DNA of 64,000 bases from Octopus vulgaris (Eukaryota): positions 35,464,001 through 35,528,000 of the forward strand of contig OX597823.1 of assembly GCA_951406725.2 (NCBI GenBank). The letters run 5' to 3'. Both the position numbers and the translations under genes were made by a program. This document shows, piece after piece, positions 51,971-64,000 of the stretch (positions are counted from its first letter, which is position 1; every line of letters begins with the position of its first letter). The notes under the pieces are model-generated. The model did not search any database. It was not told the origin of the DNA and saw only the letters and a program-made list of their open reading frames with translations.

Positions 51971-53002
51971 AGGCTAATGGTTATCTTCATCATTATCCTC
52001 TTGTTTTCATAGAGAGTTCTACCACACCATCCAGAGCATTTCTATGATTTGAGTTGTGTTTGAAGTGCTGTATTTAGGAATTTTTGATCGTTTACTGTGT
52101 GGCTGAAGGGTAGCAAAAATGAACCCATTTTTGGAGACTAGTGAATGAAAGGGGTGCAATTGTTACCAAACCAGAGAAGTGGTCCAAAATTTTGCAACAG
52201 AATGAGCTCTACAGAAGGAACTCAAGCGGTAAATGTTGATTTAGACTTGGCACAAAATTAAGGCTGCCATCCATGAATTCAGGCGTTCTAAAAATCTTCG
52301 CCTCTAATTCATCATTCTAAGCTGGCATTTTGTTTTAGAACCCCTGAAAAGCCGAAAGGAAAGTTCAAATAACTAATCTAATAAACTAGACTGTGTCTGT
52401 ATACTTCATGAGTTTCATTTTGTTGGGAAAATTCTGTTGTTCTATTTTCGTGCTTATTCTGTGTAGAATATAAGCAATGCGACTGGAATTATTTTGTTGG
52501 GTAGGGAGATCATGTTTGGCAAGCAGTGTGTCAATTGTGTTATGTCATTTAGTGTCTGGGAGAGATTATATAGAGTGGCAGTTGTTTGCGTTTTATGAGA
52601 TTCAACAGCCGTATTTCCCACCCGTTAAAAGTTTCTTCGTGGTTTGATTTTGTTTATGTTGGGCGATCAAAACGCTTTTTTAATGCTACTGACAGCTCTG
52701 AAAACTATGGAAACATTTCGACTCAAAGTCAATGGAAATACTTTCTTTATTTGCATTGTTTTGCATCATTACAACGCAGGAGTTTGAAGACGTTGGAATA
52801 TATTTCTTATTAAAACAAACGTAGCAGTGGGTTATTTTAACATTTTATATTTTCTTCAGAGAATTGCCAGCAATGGTAGATTCGACAGCATCATAGATAT
52901 TCTTCCATAACACATAAAATGAAGGCGATGTAGAAGCAGATATTTACTATAAAATAAATGAAAAATATTTCTTTGTAACCAGACAGGACCCCCAAAATAT
53001 TG

Positions 53003-53207
53003 GTTTCAAATTTTGGCACAAGGCCATCAAGTTCGGGGAGGGGCTAGGTCTATTACATCGACTCTAATGCTAAACTGGTATTAATTTTCTTGAACCTAAA
53101 AGGATTAAAGGCAAAGCCAACCTCGGCGGAATCTGAACTCAGAACGTAAAGACGGACGAAATATTGCTAAGAATTATTGCCTGGCGTGCTAACGAATCTG
53201 CCAACTC
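53003..53207 (-). mobile_element. SINE family B
   Basis: aaaggcaaagccaacctcggcggaatctgaactcagaacgtaaag...gtgctaacgaatctgccaactc. Confidence 0.8.
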
Positions 53208-54509
53208 AACTTCTTGCAAATTGCTATAATGAAATAACTAAAAGTAACTTCATTGGCGATAACAATAACATACACGCAAGCACGCACGCACACGCACTCA
53301 TGCACGCACATATAAACACACACAACACAGCACACACACAGCATACGCACACGTACACACATACATACGTCGTCTATGTATTATTTTCCTAGTGCTTCTA
53401 GTAACGGAATGAATATTATCAAGAGGAATATCAGCGGTAGTGCCCCAGCATGGCCGCGGCCTTCGGGCTAAAACATTTTTAAGGATTTAAGAATTTAAGG
53501 ATCTCATTGTCACGAAGTTGCATTGGGTTTTGCTGCTGGTCTTCCTGGCAATGACATTAGGAGACAAGCAGACACGATAAACAATTTCCTATATACTATT
53601 GCCACAGTACTTAAAGTGAAGAAACCGAAAGATCATCATCTAATGCATTAGTAACAATGCTGACTCGTTTTCACTTTCTTGTCCAATTATGGTTTGGTAG
53701 TGAAGCTGATAAGAATGACGTGGCTGGATGCAATAGCTCAATAGTCATATAAACCCTTATGATCTCTTATGACCACAGGATCACTCCAGAATATTTCCCA
53801 ATTGTGGGCACCAGAATTGTTCCACGTGTGGAGAGCGTAGTGGGGCAATATACCGTCGGACTGGTTAAACTCTCCGGTATCAGATTTGGTTTAACATTCA
53901 AATGAACTGAAGCTGGAATGAAATACTCAGCACGAATTGCCAGTCTTACTAAGAAATATGCCAACAGAAATTATCCCTAAAAGGTGGGTGTTGAAGCGGC
54001 AAAAGCTTAATTCGCCCATTATCATTTAAATCTTAACCTAATTACCATCGCAACGATTTCCTACTTCTTGGGGAAGGAATGCCTTTCAATACCGAGGCGA
54101 TCCATCTGCTGCCAACCCCCATCTGTATAGCGGGTAAAGCACATTATGGCAGCTGAAGTGTAGATACTCTTTAAGGCTACTTGAACAGCAGAGATTGCTG
54201 AATAGTGACTATATGTAGTCACTCTTCCTGAAGCACGTCCTTCTGCAGCCCATACCCAAGAGGGAGTTATAGTCGAGAGTAAAACAAAGACTGAGACTTG
54301 GTATCTGCACTGATGTTAGGCCTATACCGCTCTCTACCAGTCGAGCAACAAGATTCATGAAGGTCACATTCTAGCAATTTATAGAGGATTAGTGACAAGA
54401 AAAGAATGATGGCATCATCCATTCAAGAAAATGATATTTTTCCATTCTAGAAAGTTATTATTATAAAGAAGTCAGTATTGTTGTTGTTGTTGTTGTTGTT
54501 GTCGTCGTC

Positions 54510-55012
54510 GAGTTAAGACGTGTTTTTTTTCGGAGGCCCGTCAGTTTGAAATTTGTTGAGAAGAAAGAAAAGAAACAAAAAACAATGACACTGACACCAC
54601 AATCACGAACAGCAAATCTAGCGGCAACGGTTTCGCCTTGGCAGCAAAGCAGACAAAAGAGTTGTTGAATTTAACACAAAATGAACTACAAAATGCTAAG
54701 GAGTTGTTAAGAAAGGAAGGAAACAATGTCTTCCTTAACACTCCTCAGGAATTAATAAAGGAGACGGATCTAAAATCAGTAATATACAGTGTTTTAAACA
54801 TCAACAAGAAAAGAGTAGAATGATCCAACCAACAACAGTTGGAAATGACCCTCAAACCGATTTGGACCAACAAAACCTATGTGACAAGAGGAAAGCACTT
54901 CGGCACGGTGGAAGTGCGTTTTGCAACAGAGAAGGAAGCAAGACAGCATTCCACTGTGCCCTTAAAAACAGAGGAATTACTGCTCGTGCCGACACACTTT
55001 GGTCCTGAAAAC
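54510..55012 (+). mobile_element. Tx1-like LINE ORF1 5' fragment
   Basis: LKPIWTNKTYVTRGKHFGTVEVRFATEKEARQHSTVPLK aligns with LVPIWKNITYIARGKTYGGVEVRFAREEVAREYSVSLLK (17729-18331). Confidence 0.8.
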
Positions 55013-56027
55013 TCCTCACACCCGTGTGTGTGTATGTATATGTACGTGCATATGTATATTCAAATATATATGAGTGTGTGTATGTGTATATATGTATACG
55101 TATGTATACATATATACACATACGAATATATTTACGGATGTGCGTAAGAATGCATGTGTGTATATGTATAAATGTTTATGTGTATGTATATGCGTATGTA
55201 TATATATGCATATGTGTGTGTATATGTATGTATGCATATATGCACATATATATGTATATGTGTGCGCGCGTACGTATGTCATTATACCTTGTTTCCTCCT
55301 CTCAGATTCCTAATTCTCACTGTAACCTCTACAATCACATACATCCATTTATAGAAATTTGACATTCTTGCATTCTTCCCTCTACTTTAAATTTTACTAC
55401 TAAAACCCCACCCGAACCTTTTCTCTACCTATCCCTTAATGCAGATATATCACATCACCTCTACTCACACCTATTCATGCCTTACCTTCTCATCTCTTCC
55501 TATCCTCCTCTAACTCCTCTCCCATCCTCCTCTCACATTATCTTGAGCACCAACTAACACTCCTTTCCTCACTTATTTCACCCTTCTTCACTTTTTCGTT
55601 CTTTCACTTTTTTCTCACTTTTTTCTCTCTTTCTTCCTCTCATTTGTTCTTCCTGTTTTTATTTTGATCTATCTCTACATTCTAATCACGCACATATATC
55701 CCCCCCTCCATCTACCCACAAACACCACCAATACATTCTCAAATTTTCATTCACACCACAAGACACTTTCGAATGAACAACACAGAATCCACAGCTCCAT
55801 AATTTGAAATGGCTAAACATAAACTACAATTGGAACTTACATACCATATACAGGAAAGTTTTTACCACTTCTATACACCTACAATACAACTACAATATCT
55901 TTATATATTTTATATTTTATTTCTACTTTCGTTCTCTTATTTCCCTCTACATTCCCTATCTCCTTTTCCATAATAATTCTTTTATTTCGAACTGAAATAT
56001 TTACCTCTATTTAACCACCTCACATCG

Positions 56028-56103
56028 GATATAGATATAGTTTTACATCTGTTTCTGGGATATTAATTTATCCCAGAAACAGCTGTAAGACTATATTTAT
56101 ATC
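56028..56103. repeat. Palindrome (35-bp arms, 6-bp spacer) built from an HHR 3'-half motif
   Basis: gatatagatatagttttacatctgtttctgggata / tatcccaGAAACAGCTGTAagactatatttatatc. Confidence 0.8.
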
Positions 56104-56166
56104 TTTTTCCTTATAAATGTCCTGAAAACTCCTCACGGCCTTGGCTTTGTTATCTCCTTTTATCTA

Positions 56167-56203
<37 letters not shown>

Positions 56204-56334
56204 TGCTAATACAAAACCTACAGTATATTCCTCACTTGTATCACTATCGAATCAAAAGTTTAACTACGGTCTGTCCGTAGCACTTACTTAACGCTACCTG
56301 CCACTGTTTGGGTCTTCTTCCAGATGCCAATACC

Positions 56335-56404
<70 letters not shown>

Positions 56405-57117
56405 GTGTGTGTGTGTAGGTATGTCACTAATTTCATCCTGTATCTTTGTTATTAAGATATTAACTTTATTCGTACCTATAAGATTTTTCTTGGTTTTACA
56501 GATCTGATTCTATTGTGGATGTCCTAATTGAAATTAAAACTCTTATCACATCCCTTTCCCCACACATTCGTTACAACCGTTTATCTCAACATCCGGTAAT
56601 ATAAGGTACTCATCATTTTTGACAACAAATTGCTTCTTCAAAATTTGTGATTCTGTGTAATTAGAGTTTTTTTTATTCTTAAATATTATATGTCGTTTTA
56701 TTTAATAAGTCCCCGTTCACGGTGAACGACGGGAATCAAAAAAGATTTCCGGAAGATTCAAATGTAAACATGCTAATCGCAGTTGTATTTTGTCATTGGA
56801 GACAAACTTCTCTCTTCAAACAAATCAGTTTATATAAGACACACTCGATTCATTAGCATGGAACACTATGTGTTTTGACATCGTTGTGCCTCCTCACCTA
56901 AATTATTCCGCACTACGGAATCATAAAATATTTTGCGACTCCCGTTTATAAAATCAGATAAATAGTTAGCGTGATATACAAATATATGGAATATGGGAGT
57001 ATTGATAGATAGACACACACAAATGTATGTATGTGTATGTTTGTAGAGGCAGAGAGCAGAGAAGTGAGATACGATATGCAATAACAGCTATATTCTAGCT
57101 AGAGACAAAGAAAGAGA

Positions 57118-57167
<50 letters not shown>

Positions 57168-57643
57168 GAGAGCGATAGAGAGAGAAAGAAAGAATGTATA
57201 CATTTATAGTTAGACAAAATACGAGGATACATATATATGTGTGTTTGAATGTAGAGAGCGAGAGAAAGTAGATAGATAGATAGATAGATACTAAGAGTGA
57301 TTATATAACGAAGTAATAATATCTATAAAATGTAATTAAAAATGTGTGTTTCTAATTAAAAATTCTAATCTACTAAAATGATAGAAACCAAAACCAATTA
57401 ATTTCATTCTATCTTTTTTGCCTTAATTTGAAAAGACATGAGTTATTTTTGGAACATATTCTCTTACCTATAACTAAATATTTTATTTTATTTAAGCAAC
57501 CATTAATGTTAAAACAGATTTTCGTTTCATAAATTTTCTCGCAAATAAATTATTTAACATTTAACATATAATGAACGTGGGGCTGTGTGTGCATAGGCAC
57601 CTATGTATGTAAATATCTATGTATACACACACACATACACATA

Positions 57644-57685
<42 letters not shown>

Positions 57686-58421
57686 CACACACACACACAC
57701 GCACCCATGCACAAATATAGATAGATAGATACCTTGCTATTAGACGGGTCAAAATGAAGAAATCTATATAGCGCTTGAAGGATTGTAAAGTAATCAATTT
57801 TTAATTCCAAGTTCAAATCTAGGCAAAAGAATAACAATGTTGAGAGGAAAGCGCTTCTAAATTAGATCACCCTTAGTATTTGACTGGTAATTTATTTTAT
57901 TAATCCTGAAAGATCGACAGGCAAATTTGGCCTCGGTTGAATTTAAAATCAGAACGTTAAAGGTATGCGTGTGTGTAGAACATTCAGCCACATTAATTTC
58001 ACGAGCTGGCAGATTCGTTGATCGAATCAACTGCAACACTCGTCGACGGAAACCCAGGCAAGACACACAGACTTGATGTTACATTATATAATAGTAACAG
58101 TCACGGTGTGTTCGTTGAATTTGATAGTTTTAACAACAACCAAACCGTTAAATGTGTAATATAAGCTTCCCCTATCCGTAAATGGTGAGGTAATTTCATG
58201 ATTTTGTCATTAAATGATTTACCTTCGAGAACGTCGTTTCAACAAGTTAGATGAGAGAGAAGATAAGAAAGTATTCAACTTTTTGTCATCGAATTTGAAT
58301 GTATGGTAGTAATGCTCTTGTTTAGCTACATTACACTGTTTGCATGCCATTTTAGATTCAGTGTCACGTCACAACGTGTGAATGTCCGTCCCATGATCCA
58401 CATAACAATTTAGGCACAAGT

Positions 58422-59563
58422 TTAACGAATATGTACTATTTTTGTAATATTTCCCTGTAATGTCTGAAAAAGTGTATCATCGATTTTACCTCGATTATCT
58501 TCTTTAGGAGTTGTTCAGTCACAGACGGACCATCGTCTCCTAATTTTTCTTACGTTCTAGTAGACCTTCTCAAATGTGTCTACGAAGCTATACATACTGT
58601 ATGGCACATTTAGGCACAAGTCCTGAAATTTTAGCCTAGACATTAATAATGAAGGGATCAAAGGTTCAGTTAAGCACATCTATTTTAATGATGTCCACAA
58701 ATCGTGACTCTTGGTGAAGTGAAATACACAAAATCAATGATTCATCTACAAGACGGGTCAAGTGTGGGAGATATAGAAAACCTTTACGTAAGATATAACG
58801 ACGAGAAACTAGCGGTTTCTCATTTGAAAAAGTCATATGTTTAGTTTCAGTAACGAGTCAGTTGCCTTTGGAAAGCCACTGTACTTCTGTCTAAAGAAGA
58901 AATTTGTCAAATTCTTGTCTTGTTAACAGTAAGTAGATGTTGAAAACATTTGGCCTTATTTTATTATCTTCATTGCAATCTTGAGTGATTAATGTAGATC
59001 TGGGCTGAGGTTTTTTACAATAAAATGTTGCTGAAACTTCTTTTTTTATTTTAATATATCAATTAACTTTAGTAGGTGTTCCATCGGTCACACAAGAAAT
59101 GTTATCAACAGGAACATTGTTGTTAGTGAAAAAAGCAAACACATTGAGACAAAAATCAACTCATTCTTTGCATTTATCTCCTGTTTTTCAGAAAAAAATC
59201 TATTTCCTCTTCAAATTCACCATATTCTAAAACTTTGTTATATATCATTAACAATGCACCACTAGAATTAGAAATGGATTAATTTAGCTGTATGGAAAAT
59301 ACTTGTTCACACAGGTTTGAATTATCGGAGCTTTTACATTACTCGCTTTTTATAGATCCGATTTTTGATGGTTTTTGATGTTTAAAGCAATAAGATTCAG
59401 AACATCCACATTTGAGAAGGTCTACTAGAATGTAAGAAAAATTAGGAGACGATGGTCCGTCTGTGACTGAACAACTCCCAAAGAAGATAATCGAGGTAAA
59501 ATCGATGATACACTTTTTCAGACATTACAGGGAAATATTACAAAAATAGTATATATTCGTTAA
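58422..59563. repeat. Long inverted repeat, ~155-bp arms (58422-58578, 59407-59563), ~830-bp spacer
   Basis: ttaacgaatatgtactatttttgtaatatttccctgtaatgtctg...gaccttctcaaatgtg is nearly the exact reverse complement of cacatttgagaaggtc...aatagtatatattcgttaa. Confidence 0.92.
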
Positions 59564-59995
59564 TTGACAGTTTCGTAGAATCAAGCAAAATTGATGTCAG
59601 AATGAGAAAATTTCTTTCACTTCTAGTTCTCTTATGTTATATTACAACTTGAATTTTGCTAAACAAGTCTAAAACAGGGGGAAAGTGTACCAAATAATTC
59701 TGTCTTGTTTTCCATAGATACGGCCTGTCCCACGAGCTAATACTAGTGCTGCATACGAAATTATTGAGGTTTGTTGTGATTAAGTATAGTGAAATAGTCA
59801 ATTTGTACTGACGGTTTCGTGACTAGGTCCTACCGCTACAAAAATTGTGCCAGAACAAACAACCACTATAATCGCGCTTTCATAGGTGTTAGCTTACAGA
59901 TTACTAAGCACATATTATGCTAATTATTTGTGCGTGTGTGTGCCATCGTATTTATGTATATATGTGTATTTATATAGATACACACACACATATAC

Positions 59996-60028
<33 letters not shown>

Positions 60029-60559
60029 TGTATGTATGTATGTATGTATGTATGTATCATCTGATGGAAACAGTTGTTTTCGATGATATAATGTACTATA
60101 TAGGCGGTGTTTTGTCAAAAAGTTAACGCTGTAAAGACGGATCCATCTCTTAATGTCACTGCTTAAACGAATAACAAAACCAAAAAAGAGCGATAGGCAG
60201 ATAACAACGACTACATTGAAGTGATATACGTACACTACAATGCAACACTCTCCCAAAACATATTGGAAAAAATTTATACAGTAAATACCCAATAAAATAA
60301 GCATCCCCACAATATGCGCCATAGAGGCCCGTTACCCAACAGAAAAACACAACCTGCACTGCACAAACAACACGACACACAATACAAACACTCATACATC
60401 GGAAGATTCGAACCAAATCCCATAACAAAATATATTGATGCAATACAATACTTCTCAAACTAAATAAAATTCCACACACACCTCACTAACACTAAAGTGC
60501 AGCAATTGATGCAATAAAACGGTACTTGAAACTACCAGTTGTTGAATAATAATAGTAGT

Positions 60560-61585
60560 GATGACGATGGTGACGAACATTACCTTACTTCAGTTTATGA
60601 GAGACAAAAGTTTGCCCAGAAACTCTGATTGTAACAGCGAAAATTAAACCTCTCGGTCGGCAATGGTTCTGTACAGATGCAGACTGACCTCAACTGTTAT
60701 CCTAAGACAGCATCAGCAGATAATGGAGTAAGGAAATAGAAACAGTATAGTGATGCAGTGCTACTTAGAAAGTGAACCTAAAAGAAAGGGTTATAGAAAA
60801 CAGATGTTAACACTGTGTAGAGAAGGATATGGTTAAAGTGACTGGGTAGAGACTAGTACACCAAGCTAATGCTTTTAGAAGAAAGTGGATGACAGATTTG
60901 GAGTAGTAAGAAATCACAAGAGAACTGGAAAAGAAAAAACAGGGATTATAAAAAACAAAAACATAAGCGATACAGATCAAACAAATTAAGAATCTAAAGG
61001 AAAAAAATTGTTAATAGCATTATCGATTAGAAAGGGACAACTGGCACCAGTGTCTTAAGCGACTTAATTGAGGAAGATTTTTGATGAGTTGCAGGAAGCA
61101 ATGAGTAAAGAATAAAGAAAAAGATTAAAAGGTAGCAACAGAAAGAAGCTGATAGATATGACTAGGCAAATATTTTTTTTTATCAGTAGGATAAATACTA
61201 AAAATATAGGTGACACTAACTTATTGATCTATGCAGGAGGGGTAGTAGTAACTTGAAGATTAGATATACCTAAAAAAAAGATTAAAAGAACAAATGGGGA
61301 AAAGGAGATTACAAAATAAAGTGAAGATTTAAAACTAGATCATTAGAATATAAACCTGTTAGGAAAAGATATTTAAATCTTATCTTGAAAAAACATACGT
61401 AGTCAAAGAGAAAGGATTTTAGATAGTCATGGAAGACTTGAAACATCGTATCAAAGCATTCATATCACAAAAGAATAAATCTATATCAATAGAATAGACT
61501 ATTTGAGACAGATCAGAGGAGATTTTATAACTACATGAATATTGGAGAAGAAAGTACTGAAGATGAGAAACCTAATACAGAATCT
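60560..61585 (+). mobile_element. R4/Dong LINE 5' fragment
   Basis: IVMQCYLESEPKRKGYRKQML; RLVHQANAFRR; DTNLLIYAGGVVVT; starts after an AAT/GAT tract. Confidence 0.7.
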
Positions 61586-61589
61586 CCAC

Positions 61590-63045
61590 TCGAGCAAACA
61601 TGCTGTCGTGAAATTGACGTACCACGCTGATGAGTTTGTCCGGGCAGCCGAACTTTCCCATGAGCCCCCAAAGCCCTTAAAGGCTGGTGGTATCAAAAGT
61701 CTTGGTTAAGTCTACAAACGTCGTACGTTGATCCCTGTTCTGTTCCTGACACTTCTGAAGTTGGCGTGGCGCAAAAATCATGTCGACTGTACCACGACCC
61801 TCTGAAGTCACACTCACTCTCTGGAAGATGCCCTTCTTTCATATTCAGAGGGAGGTGCTTAAGGATGACTCCTGCAACTATCTTTCCAGCGACGGCAAGG
61901 AGTGAAACTCTTCCTCGGTGATTGCACAAGATTACATATTTCTGTTTCTTTTATAGAGGTGGACAATAGAAGCATCCTTGAGCTCCCGAGGAACAATTTC
62001 CTATTGCCACGTGGTTTGAAAGAAATTTGTGAGCTTCTGCGCCAAGAGTGATCCCCTTGCCATGTATATTGCGGCTGGGATGGAGCCAGAGCCTTGTGCC
62101 TTGCTATTTGAGAGAAGTCTAAATGCTTTCTGGGCCCCTGGTTTTCTTGGAGGGATTGTCAGAAAAGTGTTGATGTCAACTTGTTGCATGCGAGCAACGA
62201 CCTCAGCGTTAGTAGAAGGCCTGCTCAGGACATTGTTGAAGTGCCCTGCCCATTTTTCCAGTATAGCGTTTTTGTCGCATAGTAGAATGTGTTCCTGTTA
62301 GCACTGAGCAGGGGTGAAGACTGTGGCCCATAGATAGCTTTCAGGGCATTGTAGAAGCGTTTGGAGTTATTGCTGTCAGCATACTTTTGTACTTCATCCA
62401 CTTAGTTGCTGAGCCAGAAATCCTGAACTTTACCTGCACCTTGCTTTCATGCATGGCAGTGTGCTGTCTCAAGAGACTCTGTAGGATTCATGTTTCTCAT
62501 CACGAAACCTCTGAATTTCCTCATAGTTTAGGTCGAACTTGAGTTGGTAACTACTCGTGTTATGGCCAAAAGGAATGAGTGCAGTGTTGTATACCACGTC
62601 TCTGAACACCACATAATCCTCTTCTACTCACTCTGTAGAAATATGGAGTTGATTCAAATTGCTGTCCAGGTCCTTGTTGAGGTTCTGTTTCACATTGTTC
62701 TATTCCAATTCGCTGATGCTTTGTCGGTTATTTTCGGGCTTCCCTTTTAGTCACCACCTGGGTCGGATATGCATGTTGAGTTTTGCGAGTATGACTATGT
62801 GATCTGCCTGGCATTATGTACTACGCATGGTCTTTGTCGCCCTAGCATTTCGCCTGTCCCGTCTCCTGATTATGGCAATCAATTAGATGCCAATGTTTGC
62901 TGCGTGGATGCATCCAGGACGCCTTTTAGTGGTTGGGGAGGCGAAACATTGTTGGTGGGCTGCAAGTCATGCACTGCATAAGTCTTCAGTAGATGTCCAT
63001 CGCTGTTGCTCTTGCCAAATCCGAGTGTCCCAATAACGTGTAGAG
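61590..63045 (-). mobile_element. RTE-clade (BovB/Expander-like) LINE fragment: APE endonuclease to RT N-terminus
   Basis: SWMHPRSKHWHLID (~62875-62920); CNHRGRVSLLAVAGKI...LPESECDFRG; FVDLT..FD. Confidence 0.88.
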
Positions 63046-63049
63046 CGGG

Positions 63050-63860
63050 TCACCTTAAGCTAGTCAATTATATATTTTCCATTTTGTTCGATGTCTGCCA
63101 TCTTTCTGGCAGCTTCATGATTCTGCGCTCATAGAACCTCTGGTCCTTATCATCCAAAAACAGAAGCAAGTGCGATTTCAGGTCATCATCATTGTTGAAT
63201 GTTTTACCATTCAAAGAATTTAGCAAACTTCGAAATAAATGATAATCTGATGGTGCAAGATCAGAGCTGTATGGTGGGCGTAACCTCACTTCCCAACAAA
63301 GCTCTACTAATTTCCCACAAGTTAGCAAAGACATGTGTGGTCTAGCGTTGTCATAGTGGAACACGATTCCTTTACGATTTGCTAATTCTGGCCGTTTTTC
63401 TTTGACTGCTTCCTCCAATTTCATTAGTTGTTGACAATAAACATCTATATTGAACATTTGGATCCTTGGAAACAGCTCAAAATACACAACACATTTGTAA
63501 TCCTACGAAATTGACAGCATGACCTTTTTTGATGAAATTCGGCTTACGATGTAGTTTGTGCTGGTTCATTATGCTTGGACCATGATCGTTTTCGATTGAT
63601 GCTATTGTAGACAATCCATTTTTCATCACCAGTGATGATTTGTTTAAAAAAAAGTCGATTTCATTGCGTTTGAGATGCATATCACAAATATTGATTCATT
63701 GTGTTAAGTGAATCTTTTTCAATTTATGTGGAGCCGAAATTTCGAGTTTTTTAACGAATCCAAAACATTTCAAGTGATTTTCAGTTGTTGTGCGTGATAC
63801 ATTTCACCTCTCTGCAATCTCTCGCACGGTTATATAACAATCAGATTCAATTATATATTG
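63050..63860 (-). mobile_element. Mariner transposase pseudogene (DD34D catalytic domain)
   Basis: IITGDEKWIVY; HYDNARPH; PPYSSDLAPSDYHLFRSL; frameshifted. Confidence 0.92.
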
Positions 63861-64000
63861 CTTTAGTTTATTAATTTTCTTCTTTGAAATATACATTGAT
63901 TTACAATATTGATATATTACCGATCTTCATCTGGAAGAACTGAAATGTGTAATATAAATCAAAGAAAAATTTTAAAGCATATGACAGGCGCAGGCGTGGC

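Noticed and set aside
53700-54370. GC-richer island, possible LINE endonuclease relic or exon
   Set aside because: No diagnostic motif or clean splice-bounded frame could be read
60054-60088. CTGATG-GAAACAGTTGTT hammerhead-like string
   Set aside because: Stem II is entirely missing and stem I is not in register

Overview
AT-rich eukaryotic, largely non-coding DNA packed with microsatellites and transposable elements. The repeat repertoire (tRNA-derived SINEs, (TAA)n-associated R4/Dong LINEs, Tx1/L1, RTE, Penelope, mariner, Helitron, Ty3/gypsy) suggests an invertebrate, probably cephalopod (Octopus-like), intron or intergenic region; the organism is my inference. No intact host gene is evident, and most listed ORFs are microsatellite artefacts or broken TE frames. 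The most interesting signal is at RNA level: about nine hammerhead-ribozyme (HHR) motifs (near-complete to relic) with mostly unrelated stems, many sitting in short non-coding cassettes with direct or inverted partial duplications (Penelope pLTR/retrozyme-like). One family fuses a tRNA-like Pol III head to an HHR. A 5'-intact Tx1-like LINE is inserted, with a target-site duplication, into the tRNA head of a SINE, apparently stacked on an earlier insertion at the same site. All coordinates and pairings were read by eye; element boundaries are approximate.
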